Source of the DNA: Alphaproteobacteria bacterium
GTDB lineage: Bacteria > Pseudomonadota > Alphaproteobacteria > Rs-D84
Assembly (NCBI GenBank): GCA_015062445.1
Contig: SUUQ01000003.1
Coordinates: 15,623-79,622 of the forward strand
Reading direction: 5' to 3'
DNA length: 64,000 bases
The translations under genes were made by a program, and so were the position numbers. Below are positions 9,543-19,279 of the stretch, piece after piece; position 1 is the stretch's first letter, and each line of letters starts with the position of its first letter. The notes under the pieces were generated by a model. It was not told the origin of the DNA, did not search any database, and saw only the letters and a list, made by a program, of their open reading frames with translations.

Positions 9543-9929
9543 ATGAAAAAATATGTTGCATTATTTGAATTTGGAGAAAACTCGGTCGGTGTTGTGTTTC
9601 CTGATCTGCCAGGTTTAACCAGTGCCGGAGATAACTTTGACGATGCGTTCAAGAACGCACACGAAGCATTGTCATTATATGCGGACGGCGAAAAGAATAT
9701 GCCAAAACCTCGCACATTAGAACAAATCAAAGAACAATGGCCAGATTGGCAGGAATGGAAAGACAACTACGAATTTACCGCAGGTATCGTTGATTTGGTG
9801 CCTTTGAGCACCAAAAGCAAAAGAATCAATATTACTTTGCCGGAAGATTTGCTGTACAGAATTGACAATATCACAAACAATCGTTCTGGTTTTATTGATT
9901 CTGCTGTGCGTAGAGCATTAGCGGCATAA
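9543..9929 (+). CDS. hicB: HicB antitoxin
   Basis: N-terminal HicB fold (KKYVALFEFGENSVGVVFPDLPG) and a C-terminal RHH-like INITLPEDLLYRID...AVRRALA. Confidence 0.8.
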   Translation: MKKYVALFEFGENSVGVVFPDLPGLTSAGDNFDDAFKNAHEALSLYADGEKNMPKPRTLEQIKEQWPDWQEWKDNYEFTAGIVDLVPLSTKSKRINITLPEDLLYRIDNITNNRSGFIDSAVRRALAA

Positions 9930-9960
9930 GAAAACCCCGCCATCAATGGCGGGTTTCTTT
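9930..9960. terminator. Bidirectional terminator between convergent hicB and endolysin
   Basis: AACCCCGCCatcaatGGCGGGTTT hairpin. Confidence 0.5.
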
Positions 9961-10396
9961 ATGGATGAAAAAATCGTTTCCCCGATTTTGGAGGTACAGA
10001 TTGCATATGCACCCACTCAGGAGTGTCGTCAAAATGCTCGCACCACAATCCCGCCTTTTCTAAAACATCAACATTTTGATTTATCCAGTCCTTTAATTTT
10101 CTGTCAGCATCCCATACATCTATCGCACATCCTGTTAAATGACACGATTTCATTGGGACCTTAGACATAATAAATACCCCATCAGAGAAAGGCGGCATTT
10201 TTAAGCATGCTCTATTGCGATAAATATTTTCTTGCTTTGATTTTCCACGCAAAAAAGACACACAGACACGAGGAAATGGACAATTTAGACTATTTACCCG
10301 TTTAATTAACTCTTTCGCATTCTGCCTTATTTCCGGTGTAAATTCTTCGGTTTCTATATCAGAGACCAACAAACACTCTTTAAGTGTAAATCTCAT
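9959..10396 (-). CDS. Phage endolysin, peptidase M15 (L-Ala-D-Glu peptidase/VanY-like) family
   Basis: SCHLTGCAIDVWD matches the HxxGxAxD zinc-binding motif of M15 peptidases. Its position at the end of the lysis cassette fits. Confidence 0.6.
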   Translation of the reverse strand: MRFTLKECLLVSDIETEEFTPEIRQNAKELIKRVNSLNCPFPRVCVSFLRGKSKQENIYRNRACLKMPPFSDGVFIMSKVPMKSCHLTGCAIDVWDADRKLKDWINQNVDVLEKAGLWCEHFDDTPEWVHMQSVPPKSGKRFFHP

Positions 10397-10535
10397 TTCT
10401 TTTTTCCTTTTTTCGTGATAGGTGGTGCATACTCTATTTTTGCGTATTTATAAAACTCTGCGCTGGTTGGCATATTATAATGCCGTATTTTTTCGGGAAG
10501 AAACTCAGGTTTATAGTGCAAATATTTATTTCTTA

Positions 10536-10715
10536 TCAAGCGTTTTGTAATTCCTTGCATGTTTTATTATTCTCGTAAATAGATTTAGTTAATTCTTTGC
10601 TGATGATTTTCCAATCATTAGCCGTTCCATAAATGGGAGTACAAACATATTCAATCTTTGATGGTGTAGTTTTCGTACAACCACTTACGCATAGCATCAT
10701 AACCAAGGCTCGCAC
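10536..10715 (-). CDS. o-spanin (Rz1-like outer-membrane lipoprotein), overlapping the i-spanin gene in another frame
   Basis: GTG at 10713-10715 gives (M)RALVMMLCVSG|CTKTTPSK... with the lipobox VSGC, a short Pro-containing mature peptide, and a start embedded within the Rz frame. Confidence 0.45.
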   Translation of the reverse strand: MRALVMMLCVSGCTKTTPSKIEYVCTPIYGTANDWKIISKELTKSIYENNKTCKELQNA

Positions 10716-10890
10716 TACTTTCTTTGCTTGATTGTTGGGCCTTGTTGATGATTGAGATTGTTCCTGAGATTGTCGAGTTGTCCTTTTTTGCCTGATCCAA
10801 ACGACAATCTTGTCGCCCCATACGGTAAGCCCCAAGAATAAGCCCCACACAAAAAACACAGCACCCCAAAAACACGTAGAGTTTTGACAT
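10651..10890 (-). CDS. i-spanin (Rz-like), N-terminal TM anchor
   Basis: 79 aa: MSKLYVFLGCCVFCVGLILGAY is a TM helix followed by a charged periplasmic domain. It lies immediately downstream of the holin candidate and overlaps Rz1. Confidence 0.5.
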   Translation of the reverse strand: MSKLYVFLGCCVFCVGLILGAYRMGRQDCRLDQAKKDNSTISGTISIINKAQQSSKESSASLGYDAMRKWLYENYTIKD

Positions 10891-10891
10891 A

Positions 10892-11410
10892 TCATTTATT
10901 CTCTTCCTTTAAATTATTCGCATCATATCCAACAGCATCTTTTAGTTTTTTGTTTGTGATCTGTGTTAGTATGTAAAAAACCCTGTCCCCCGTTGCGTGA
11001 TAAAAATTTTCAAGAATGCTGTAAAACTCAATTCCGCAAATGAACCCGGTAAAATATCGGGAAACTGATACTTGCAATATCAATTCAAGCATTCTAGCAC
11101 ATATGATAACCATCATATAACTATAACTTTTATTCAACGACTCTCTGAACCGCTGGCTTTGCCACGTTTGACCTCGTTTTCGAGATACCCAACACCCTGT
11201 AATAAAATCTACTATTATAAAAAAGGCACATGCACACAACCACCATTTCAAAGGGCCGAAGAATGCTAATACTCCGGCCCAAAATGCATACAATATATTT
11301 CCTGCATGTAGTTTATCTATGATTCTAAACATCTTCGTCCCCTGCGGTTTCGCTATTTCCAAGTGTTCCAAAATCCAATACGAATTCATAATCTTCGGGA
11401 TTCTCAACAC
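10892..11410 (-). CDS. Holin candidate (multi-TM small membrane protein); start uncertain, since internal ATGs at 11389 and 11332 are possible
   Basis: 3-4 predicted TM helices (ILYAFWAGVLAFFGPL, WWLCACAFFIIVDFITGCWV, YSYMMVIICARMLELILQV). It is the first gene of the lysis cassette. Confidence 0.4.
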   Translation of the reverse strand: MLRIPKIMNSYWILEHLEIAKPQGTKMFRIIDKLHAGNILYAFWAGVLAFFGPLKWWLCACAFFIIVDFITGCWVSRKRGQTWQSQRFRESLNKSYSYMMVIICARMLELILQVSVSRYFTGFICGIEFYSILENFYHATGDRVFYILTQITNKKLKDAVGYDANNLKEENK

Positions 11411-11624
11411 AAGGTTTTACTTGCCAACCCTGCATAGCCATAAAAACAGCATTCAGTTTGAACCACGCAACACCCCCCAACGCAATTTCGATTCCGCCAG
11501 GCGTTTCTCCATCATGAATACGCAACATGTGTGAATCTGTATCTAAAGTAATTTCTCCAAGGGCACCAACAAATGTCTTGTGCTCTTCACTTGTTCCTCG
11601 TCTAAATTGAACTTGTCTTGCCAT
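11325..11624 (-). CDS. Phage tail-fibre-associated small protein with QFRRGT motif
   Basis: QFRRGTSEEHKTFVGALGEITLDTDSHMLRIHDGETPGG resembles the conserved N-terminal domain of many phage tail fibre and structural proteins. Confidence 0.4.
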   Translation of the reverse strand: MARQVQFRRGTSEEHKTFVGALGEITLDTDSHMLRIHDGETPGGIEIALGGVAWFKLNAVFMAMQGWQVKPCVENPEDYEFVLDFGTLGNSETAGDEDV

Positions 11625-11633
11625 AATGCCTCC

Positions 11634-13451
11634 TTACAATGTTCCATAGTCTAAAGTTTCGCCATCTGTTACAGTATCAGTAATGAGACCATAATCTTGT
11701 GGCCCTGTTAGTTTTTTATAAATCTTTGACATTTCGTCTTTTGTTACCAGTGTTTGCACAGTGTTTTCTATATCTGTCTTTATTTGTCGTGCAGTCTCTG
11801 CACTGGTGGCCGCACTGGCTGCAGATGCACTGGCATTCGAAGCGGATTGTGATGCGCTGGTTGCGGATGTACTGGCATTTGTTTCTGATTTTGCCGCATT
11901 TGTTGCGCTGGTCGCTGAATTTTGTGCCGAAGATGCGGCTGCAGATGCAGAACCTGCCGCAGTTGTTGCAGATGCCGATGCATTTGTTGCAGATGTGCTT
12001 GCTTTGTTTGCCTCTGTTTTTGCTTGGTTGACATACCCTTGCAGCAGACTTTCATTTTGTTTTGTTGTTTCTGCAGAAGTTTGGGCTTCTTCAGCGGATT
12101 TGGCAGATGCATTTGCCGAACTTAGAGCATTTCCTGCACTGTTTGCGGCATCCGCTGCACTGTTAAAAGCATTTGTTTCTGATTCTGCGGCAGACGATGC
12201 AGAAGCACCCGCTTCTTGTGCATGATATTTTGCACTGTATTCATCATCTATTACAGGCCCACTTGTCTTTGTTGCCCATTCTTTGGCATTTTCTTCATAT
12301 GTTTTCGCATTTAATGAATGCTGTTCCGCATTTTGCTCTGATGTTGTGGCCTGTGATGCGGATGTTGCGGCATTTATAGCACTTGTTTTTGCACTGGTCG
12401 CATCATCTTGTGCTTGTTGTGCAGACGTAGTAGCGGATGATGCACTGTCTGCTGATTTGCGTTCATTTTCTGCTGTATTTTCTGCGGCGGCTTTTATTTC
12501 TGCGGCATGTTCATCAAATCCGATAACCGACATAGAACCATCGGCTTCGATAAATACCTTGCCACGTGTATTTTTGTCATCTCCCTTAACTAGACCACAG
12601 GAATCATTGGTCGCAATACTTACTGTATCAATTCCTCTGTCTATCCAATGATTACCACGTTCGTCTGTATTCTCATAATATGTTATTGCGTGATTATTTT
12701 TTTTGTTTAATAAGGTTGTGCCTACTGGCGGAACTGTCCCAATTCCCACCTTTGCGGCAGATTCATATGCCCTTTGATAATCTGTTTCTGTTGCTTCTTC
12801 TGCAAGTTCCACCTGATATGTAGTCGCTTTGTTTTCAAGTGACATTAATCTTTTTGTGTGATCTTGAATCGCCCTAAAAGTTTCGGGATTCATCATACCA
12901 ACCTGTTCAGAATTGGCAACAGGTAACGGTGTTATGCGGACCGTGTCCTTACCGGTTGTTGTATCCCTTGAAACAGTCCTGACATTAATAACCTCTGGTC
13001 GTATATCTAGTTCGGCAGAGTATATAACGGTCGGCACAGTATCTTTTGCTACAGATGCAGTTCGTATAGATTCTATGGAACGGCGAATTGCGGATTCTGC
13101 GTTTTCTGCCCTGAGGGCTTCGCTTGTTATATTTGCAGCATTTTTTGATAATTCGGACAAAATTCCGTTTATTTTATTGAGGCACTGTTCCCAAAATTCT
13201 AAGAATGAAAGGGTTTGCCCCGTTTTGAATTTTACAGCGTTTTCTTCGATTGTAAATGCTTGGGGTGCAACCTCATATATATTTTGCGAGTTTCTTTTTA
13301 TCGTTTTTTCGTCAAAATCAACTTCAAGTTTCAACGCAAAGCCATGCGGAAAAGACAACGGATCGTTTGGATTAAAATTTTTTGGATCGATCCATAAACG
13401 ATAGTATTTGTTTTGGCGAATGAGTTTTATTTGATTAGTTGTTTCCGGCAT
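11634..13451 (-). CDS. Phage tail fibre protein with long Ala/Ser/Thr-rich low-complexity repeat region
   Basis: 605 aa, positioned between the lysis and structural modules. Carries SATTSAQQAQDDATSAKTSAINAATSAS.. repeats. Confidence 0.55.
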   Translation of the reverse strand: MPETTNQIKLIRQNKYYRLWIDPKNFNPNDPLSFPHGFALKLEVDFDEKTIKRNSQNIYEVAPQAFTIEENAVKFKTGQTLSFLEFWEQCLNKINGILSELSKNAANITSEALRAENAESAIRRSIESIRTASVAKDTVPTVIYSAELDIRPEVINVRTVSRDTTTGKDTVRITPLPVANSEQVGMMNPETFRAIQDHTKRLMSLENKATTYQVELAEEATETDYQRAYESAAKVGIGTVPPVGTTLLNKKNNHAITYYENTDERGNHWIDRGIDTVSIATNDSCGLVKGDDKNTRGKVFIEADGSMSVIGFDEHAAEIKAAAENTAENERKSADSASSATTSAQQAQDDATSAKTSAINAATSASQATTSEQNAEQHSLNAKTYEENAKEWATKTSGPVIDDEYSAKYHAQEAGASASSAAESETNAFNSAADAANSAGNALSSANASAKSAEEAQTSAETTKQNESLLQGYVNQAKTEANKASTSATNASASATTAAGSASAAASSAQNSATSATNAAKSETNASTSATSASQSASNASASAASAATSAETARQIKTDIENTVQTLVTKDEMSKIYKKLTGPQDYGLITDTVTDGETLDYGTL

Positions 13452-13460
13452 AATGTTATC

Positions 13461-14237
13461 CTATAGTTGTCTGACTCTTATGTATCCAGCATATCCGGTT
13501 GCTTTGATAAACGATGTTCCGTTCCATCCACAATCCCCCGCTTTCCCACGGGTATTATCTTCTGGCCAGTTATCATTGGTTCTACCATTAGTTGCCGCTC
13601 TACTGGTGGCAGATGATGCACCCTGACTTGATACACATTGACTGTTATTGTTTATTAAAATGTTTTGAACGGCAGTCCCTGTTAAAGTATTGGTTCCGAT
13701 TACCCCAACATTTCTATTACAGCCGGTAGTCGAAGTCGCTGTCGTGCTTCCTGCGGTTCCGCCACCTGCCTTTGCAGTTAAATTTGGGATGCCGGCAATC
13801 GTTGTATCGCCACCTTTGACACCTGTTACAGTGCCACCAGATGCCGATGAAAAAGTTCCTGTGTTTGTTGCACCGCCTGAACCAACGGTTATTGAAACAG
13901 AAGCCGGCTCTGTTAAGATCGCAACAAATTGTAATGTCCCGCCAACACCGCCTTGTGCATAATGGTGGGTGCCCGAAACACTGCTCCTACGACCTGAAGC
14001 ACCACCGCCCGCACCAATTAGAGTAAACTCAAATTTACCAGCGGTAAGATTCAAGGTATAAGAACCAGATTCTTTTGATTCAAAAATTAAAATTGGGTCT
14101 CCGGTATAAAACAAATGTGCTTTGCCATCGATACCAACATAAGCCCGTTTTAATTTATGGGCCGCCTTATTAATACCAACATATATCACACCTACTTTTT
14201 TTGCCTTGCCATCAACACCGACCAATACTTGAGTCAT
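13461..14237 (-). CDS. Glycine-rich phage tail fibre-like protein
   Basis: Carries GAGGGASG...GGVGG...GSGGATNTG glycine-rich repeats typical of phage fibre proteins. Confidence 0.5.
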   Translation of the reverse strand: MTQVLVGVDGKAKKVGVIYVGINKAAHKLKRAYVGIDGKAHLFYTGDPILIFESKESGSYTLNLTAGKFEFTLIGAGGGASGRRSSVSGTHHYAQGGVGGTLQFVAILTEPASVSITVGSGGATNTGTFSSASGGTVTGVKGGDTTIAGIPNLTAKAGGGTAGSTTATSTTGCNRNVGVIGTNTLTGTAVQNILINNNSQCVSSQGASSATSRAATNGRTNDNWPEDNTRGKAGDCGWNGTSFIKATGYAGYIRVRQL

Positions 14238-14252
14238 TTCTTGCCTTTTTGG

Positions 14253-14573
14253 TTATTCATAAACAATTAAAATTTGTCCCGTTGCCAATGCACTGCCAAC
14301 CCCAGGGTCTGTTGCTGTTGCTTTTATGTTTCGTACCGCAAAATCTGTGGTGGGGGCTTCATCTAATGCTTTTGTCGTCCCTGTAAATGTTCCACCGCTT
14401 TTTGGCATATATGTCTTGCCAGTTTCCAGTGTTACAAAATATGCCTGTAAAAAAGCAATCAACAGAGCAAGAGAAACCTTGTAAGAAACTCCCTCTTGTT
14501 CTATTTCGATTTCCATCCCAGTTTCCATTTGCGGCTGTGTAATCGCTGTTAAATCGCTGATTTTCTTACTCAT
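14253..14573 (-). CDS. Phage structural protein (tail fibre proximal/adaptor), hypothetical
   Basis: Co-oriented ORF tightly packed in the tail module. Confidence 0.4.
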   Translation of the reverse strand: MSKKISDLTAITQPQMETGMEIEIEQEGVSYKVSLALLIAFLQAYFVTLETGKTYMPKSGGTFTGTTKALDEAPTTDFAVRNIKATATDPGVGSALATGQILIVYE

Positions 14574-15108
14574 TGTCGTTACCTGCTATTGTTTTTATTG
14601 TTATTTTTGTAAAAATGCCATCAGGGACTATTTTTGACAGCAATCCCCTGATGTTATCTATCGTTATAATTTGATTAATGATTGGCACAACACGTTTGTC
14701 GCCGTCATCAACAATACGTAATTCGCCATCTGTAGAAACACGATCCACAAGCCCCCCACCAACATAAATGATTGAAATTTCTAAAACACCAGGTGCCGGT
14801 GTTGATACATTAAATTCAATATCTGCATTGTCGCCAAAGATTAATTTAAAAATCTCTATGTAAAAGTTAAATGTGCCGACTTTTTCGGCATTAAACATAA
14901 TGTAATTGGCAACTTTTTCCCATTGTTCATCTGTCAAATAACCGCCAATATCAGAATAATTTTTCGCAACCCTTAAAAAAGATTGAACCCTGTAAGGGTC
15001 CTGTAAAAAATTTGATATGGCGGTACTGCGTTGTCTAAATAAAGAGTCGAATAGTGTCCAAAACTCTTTACCGACCGCACCATCTTTTTCATTAAAAAAT
15101 TCTGCCAT
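14566..15108 (-). CDS. Phage structural protein (baseplate/tail), hypothetical
   Basis: Co-oriented ORF with a 4-8 nt overlap with its neighbours, which is typical of phage late operons. Confidence 0.4.
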   Translation of the reverse strand: MAEFFNEKDGAVGKEFWTLFDSLFRQRSTAISNFLQDPYRVQSFLRVAKNYSDIGGYLTDEQWEKVANYIMFNAEKVGTFNFYIEIFKLIFGDNADIEFNVSTPAPGVLEISIIYVGGGLVDRVSTDGELRIVDDGDKRVVPIINQIITIDNIRGLLSKIVPDGIFTKITIKTIAGNDNE

Positions 15109-15110
15109 GA

Positions 15111-15917
15111 TTATACCGCTTGGAATAGAACATTGATATTGTCAAAAATCAACTTGTTATTAAAAAGTGTCGGACGGATTTCAGATGACCATTCTTCAGT
15201 TCCCACATCGGACCACTCCAACTTCAGTTTTAATGCATAAGGAGCATCTTCTGATATTTGATACATCAAATCTGGGACAAATGGTGTTCCATAGCGATAT
15301 CGTGTAGATAATTTTGCTCGTAAATCTTCTGCGATATCATCTGCCGGTGGAATTGACTTGCCGTTATTGTTTGTATAATAAACAGTCAATCGTAGATTAA
15401 CTGTTACATCGGTTGGTTCATACCACCGCCATGTTATTGTCTGGCCATTATTTAATACAGCGGTTGCCGATTTATTGCCCTCTGACCAGATGCCGCCTGC
15501 CACGCTATTTGTTAAAACATTCACAATTTTTGCTTGTATGTCTTGGGTGGATGTATCCGCAAAGATACACACGGCAATTTTACCTGCATTATCTTCTGAT
15601 ACAGGTCTCACAGATGCCAATAGGCCATTACGTTCAAATTCACCAACAATACCGTCTGGAACACATGCGGGATTCTGCATTCTTGCATTAACTTGGTCAA
15701 AGAAATCAGACAACTTTACCCAGACATCGGCAAATTCAGCATCGCCGTCAATCAATGCTTGAATCATTGGGTATAAAATATCATACCACTGTGTGCCAAT
15801 AAATGAATCTGCCGTATATGTTGTGCCGTAACGTTCATTTATCTTTGGCATAAACAAATTGAACATCCATTCTTCAAATGTTGGTGGCACGTATCCTGTT
15901 TTTGTGTTGTAGGGCAT
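15111..15917 (-). CDS. Phage tail/baseplate protein, hypothetical
   Basis: 268-aa ORF in the structural operon. Confidence 0.45.
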   Translation of the reverse strand: MPYNTKTGYVPPTFEEWMFNLFMPKINERYGTTYTADSFIGTQWYDILYPMIQALIDGDAEFADVWVKLSDFFDQVNARMQNPACVPDGIVGEFERNGLLASVRPVSEDNAGKIAVCIFADTSTQDIQAKIVNVLTNSVAGGIWSEGNKSATAVLNNGQTITWRWYEPTDVTVNLRLTVYYTNNNGKSIPPADDIAEDLRAKLSTRYRYGTPFVPDLMYQISEDAPYALKLKLEWSDVGTEEWSSEIRPTLFNNKLIFDNINVLFQAV

Positions 15918-16201
15918 TATTTATCCTTTATTGTAATTGTTATCTCTGACATAAAATCGTCTATAACAGTTTTTGCATCTGTTATTGATATTGAATAATC
16001 TGCCATTCTTTTCAAGATATGGCTTTTTAGTGTGCTACTTTGTAATTGGTAATCGCCATTGATAAAGAAATCTAAATCAATTCCAAAGTCTGCAGCATAA
16101 TTTTTATTACGTAATTGGACGGCCAATAAATTTAGTGCTTTGTATTTGTCGCCATTTTTATCCAATTTCACATCTGGTCCCAAAGATTTGATGTCAATCA
16201 T
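15917..16201 (-). CDS. Phage structural protein, hypothetical
   Basis: Start/stop overlap with neighbours (ATGA). Confidence 0.4.
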   Translation of the reverse strand: MIDIKSLGPDVKLDKNGDKYKALNLLAVQLRNKNYAADFGIDLDFFINGDYQLQSSTLKSHILKRMADYSISITDAKTVIDDFMSEITITIKDK

Positions 16202-16560
16202 TTCATTTTCTCTTTAAGTTTATTCATATCGGATTTTATTTGCGATGCCGCTTGTTTTATCTGTGCGGCTCCACTTCCGGCTTTAGTAGCCGTTTGTGTT
16301 GTGGCAGAACCGGTTGTAACGGCCCCCACTACGACAGATTCAATATTGTTCAAAGCATCACACAGGCTTACAACACCGTCTAAAACAGCCATTAAATCTT
16401 TCCAGGCATCCAGCGGAATGTACACCGCCTTATCTTTGTCCATAAGAACAATACCGTCCGATGTCCCTTTACCGGCACCGGCAATATCTGCATAGATGGG
16501 AAAACCATCTTTCGATATAACTTTTTGCGATTCTTGTATCTTGGCTTTTACAATGTCCAT
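16198..16560 (-). CDS. Phage structural protein, hypothetical
   Basis: Co-oriented and translationally coupled. Confidence 0.4.
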   Translation of the reverse strand: MDIVKAKIQESQKVISKDGFPIYADIAGAGKGTSDGIVLMDKDKAVYIPLDAWKDLMAVLDGVVSLCDALNNIESVVVGAVTTGSATTQTATKAGSGAAQIKQAASQIKSDMNKLKEKMK

Positions 16561-17012
16561 AATTCAACCCCTTGAATTAGGCACGCATCGCCCTCAGGTT
16601 TCCAGGAAATAACACAGGACCTAAGACGGCCTTGCGTGCCTACTTTTGCCCCCGCTTGAGGTATGCCTTTACTTGTTATACGCATACCGTCAAAATTCAG
16701 CCCTGACGAAAGCATAATCGAAGACATAGGGACAATCTCTCGTAAAGTTAATGAATATACCCACTTGTTTGCCCCCATTACATCGGACTGAGAACCTGAA
16801 TATTGAACGGTGGCACAATCTTTATCCACCAACGAATATGTCGGGGCATTAACCAGCGCAGGGAAAGTATAAAACCCATTATGGGGCACTAAATCCAATC
16901 CCCTGTCTCGTGCCAGCATTATATCCATTGGGCCATCTGGATAAAATTCATAATATCCATTAACTATATATATTTTCATTGATACCAATCCTATATTTGC
17001 CATTGTTATCAT
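16548..17012 (-). CDS. Phage tail protein, hypothetical
   Basis: Co-oriented ORF. Confidence 0.4.
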   Translation of the reverse strand: MITMANIGLVSMKIYIVNGYYEFYPDGPMDIMLARDRGLDLVPHNGFYTFPALVNAPTYSLVDKDCATVQYSGSQSDVMGANKWVYSLTLREIVPMSSIMLSSGLNFDGMRITSKGIPQAGAKVGTQGRLRSCVISWKPEGDACLIQGVELWTL

Positions 17013-17217
17013 GAATTAAACAGTAGTCGCCACGTGCAAAGATAGTTTTGCCCCCGACAAGCGATAGATAGACATTATCTATAACCACTCCGAAGACATT
17101 TCCTGTTTTTATTACACGCAGTTTTAACTGTATGCCGCCAAAATCACACAAATGCGTTTTATCAGGGCATTCTGTCGGTGGCATCACGTCATCTAAATAA
17201 AAAGTATTGTATGTCAT
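16960..17217 (-). CDS. Phage small structural protein, hypothetical
   Basis: Co-oriented and overlaps its neighbours. Confidence 0.35.
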   Translation of the reverse strand: MTYNTFYLDDVMPPTECPDKTHLCDFGGIQLKLRVIKTGNVFGVVIDNVYLSLVGGKTIFARGDYCLIHDNNGKYRIGINENIYS

Positions 17218-17750
17218 AGTATTACTTTCCCCGCATCAGACATCATTTTTACATCTGTCGCCTCATTCTTTGATGTATCAAACCCTAATGAAGCGGGATT
17301 GGTTGTAATTGTAAAAGTAATATCCAATAAATTGTTGTTTTCTGCATTTGGAAAAGATTGGTAATCGGATATTTTTCCGTTAAAAACCAACGTTTCGCCA
17401 TTTATATATGAAACATCATACTCAAAATCCGGACTATTCATGAACTCAAAACATTTTTGGACCAGTGGCAATACAATTTGAGCAAAAGAAGAATCTTTCC
17501 TACAGGTATAAGTAGCGGTTACTTCGTGATCCATGCCCCGCTGTAAAATCTTGTCTCCAAAGTTTTCTGTACGAATACTAAATGTATTTTTATCTCCTTT
17601 ATCGACAAGACCGAATGATTTTGAAAGAGGCACAGGAACCGGAACACCGATTTTTATTGTTTCGGACAAGAAACTAGCCCATGACAAATCTGCTCCAAAC
17701 ATCTTACTGAAATTAAAAATCAACAGCGGTGGTGCAACATTACTAAGCAT
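17214..17750 (-). CDS. Phage tail protein, hypothetical
   Basis: Co-oriented ORF. Confidence 0.4.
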   Translation of the reverse strand: MLSNVAPPLLIFNFSKMFGADLSWASFLSETIKIGVPVPVPLSKSFGLVDKGDKNTFSIRTENFGDKILQRGMDHEVTATYTCRKDSSFAQIVLPLVQKCFEFMNSPDFEYDVSYINGETLVFNGKISDYQSFPNAENNNLLDITFTITTNPASLGFDTSKNEATDVKMMSDAGKVIL

Positions 17751-18763
17751 CAGTCATTTACCCCTTTCTTGTTTTGATTATTTGTTTTTGTCTGCTGGAT
17801 TGCCGAGGAATTATCTTTCGGCATCGCCATACCGATAATAAAGCCCTGATTTTGTCTGTGTCGTTCTGGGGCCAATGGAGTATTGTTGAACATTACGTTG
17901 AACACAGAGGTCACTGCCTCAACAGATTCACGCAACGCATCCATAGTGGATACTGTTCTTTTGATGTCTCGGGCCCATGTAGAGGCAATACCTCGCATTT
18001 CACTATCAAAAACATTTTGGATGTTTGTTATAAGATTGCGTTCAATAGCATAATTCCGCATCTTTAAACTGTCGGCCAGTTCTTTGTTGCCCAAACGATT
18101 ATAACGGACGTTTTGCAAATCCAGTTCATCGTTCAAATCCGCCATATCTTCCCAGTTCTGTCTTGTGGTTGCTGGTCCAAGCCGTTTTTCTATCGCTTCC
18201 CAATCAGACAAAACAAAATCTGCAAATCGCCCACCGGTACGCCCCAGTGCCTTATACATTTCAGCATTTCGAACTTCGGGGGGCGCTTTTTTCATAGCGG
18301 CCACGAATTGAATAAAAGCATCAAATGTATTATCACTATATGTGTCCGCACCTACAACACCGTTCGCCTTTGCTTCACGTATGTAATTGCCAAACCTGTC
18401 TATCGCATTATATAACTCGGCTTGAGTTTTAATACCTGTCGCCAATGCGATATCTTCTAATCGCCCGAGTCTTTCAGCACTTACGCCATAAAATCCCGCA
18501 CGAGTAACCGTTTCATCTGCTCTGGATAATCTGTTCGTTATTTTTGAAACAACATCATCTCTCAGAGCATTGGCAGAATCTAATATTTTCCCGACACCGA
18601 CTGCGGCGGCAAACGCAATACCGGCTTTAGTAAATCCTGATGTTAAAGCATTTACTATAGATGGAGACGAAAAGGTTTTTTTGACATCCCTTGTCAGTTT
18701 ATTGTTGGCAGATTTATCTAATTCGGGCGATATTTTAATTACTTTCTTTGATTCATTCGCCAT
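17750..18763 (-). CDS. Phage tail or internal virion protein, helical (short tape-measure-like?)
   Basis: 337 aa, Ala-rich N-terminus and predicted helical. It is the longest non-fibre tail-module ORF. Confidence 0.4.
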   Translation of the reverse strand: MANESKKVIKISPELDKSANNKLTRDVKKTFSSPSIVNALTSGFTKAGIAFAAAVGVGKILDSANALRDDVVSKITNRLSRADETVTRAGFYGVSAERLGRLEDIALATGIKTQAELYNAIDRFGNYIREAKANGVVGADTYSDNTFDAFIQFVAAMKKAPPEVRNAEMYKALGRTGGRFADFVLSDWEAIEKRLGPATTRQNWEDMADLNDELDLQNVRYNRLGNKELADSLKMRNYAIERNLITNIQNVFDSEMRGIASTWARDIKRTVSTMDALRESVEAVTSVFNVMFNNTPLAPERHRQNQGFIIGMAMPKDNSSAIQQTKTNNQNKKGVND

Positions 18764-18841
18764 TTGAAGCCTCTAATATCGCAACATTAATTATATTTTC
18801 CAGCGATGCGTCCAACATACGCAACGCAGTATCCGTCAATT

Positions 18842-19279
18842 TTATTGAGAAATCGGGGATACTGTTGGTTCTATCCCCTCCCAAAAAAAACATTTGATGT
18901 CGCTACATTTTAACAACACCTCAGCGATGGCTTTTATTATTTCATCTGGAGTCATCGCATGAATTTGTTGAGAATATTCAACACCTGTATGTTTTACAGT
19001 GGCAAAATCCAAAATTGTAAGGACATCATCGCCCTGAAAATCATAGAACATAGCGGCTCTACGCAAAATACGTCTCTTTTCTTCCGGAGATTTGGTTTCA
19101 AATTCCGTCAAAAAATCTTTTATACTGGCCGCATGTGTAGTTGGCAAAATAGCATATGCAATTAGCACTTGCTGATATAATTGATATACTCTAACCGATT
19201 TTAATCCACGCAATTCTATGATTTTCATAATGGCATCCCTTATTCGTCTTTGGGTTCTGTATCCTTGATACGGAAGCAT
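18842..19279 (-). CDS. Phage structural/assembly protein, hypothetical
   Basis: Co-oriented ORF. Confidence 0.4.
   Translation of the reverse strand: MLPYQGYRTQRRIRDAIMKIIELRGLKSVRVYQLYQQVLIAYAILPTTHAASIKDFLTEFETKSPEEKRRILRRAAMFYDFQGDDVLTILDFATVKHTGVEYSQQIHAMTPDEIIKAIAEVLLKCSDIKCFFWEGIEPTVSPISQ

Noticed and set aside
10390-10560. 55-aa minus-strand ORF between Rz1 and the endolysin (MQGITKRLIRNKYLHYKPEF…)
   Set aside because: It is below the ORF-track length cutoff and shows no recognisable features. It could be a real small lysis-cassette gene but is unsupported.
11699-13404. Plus-strand ORFs inside the tail-fibre gene (11699-12031, 11761-12225, 12283-12651, 12913-13404)
   Set aside because: They are antisense to the Ala/Ser/Thr-rich repeat region of the 605-aa fibre gene and are low-complexity mirror frames.
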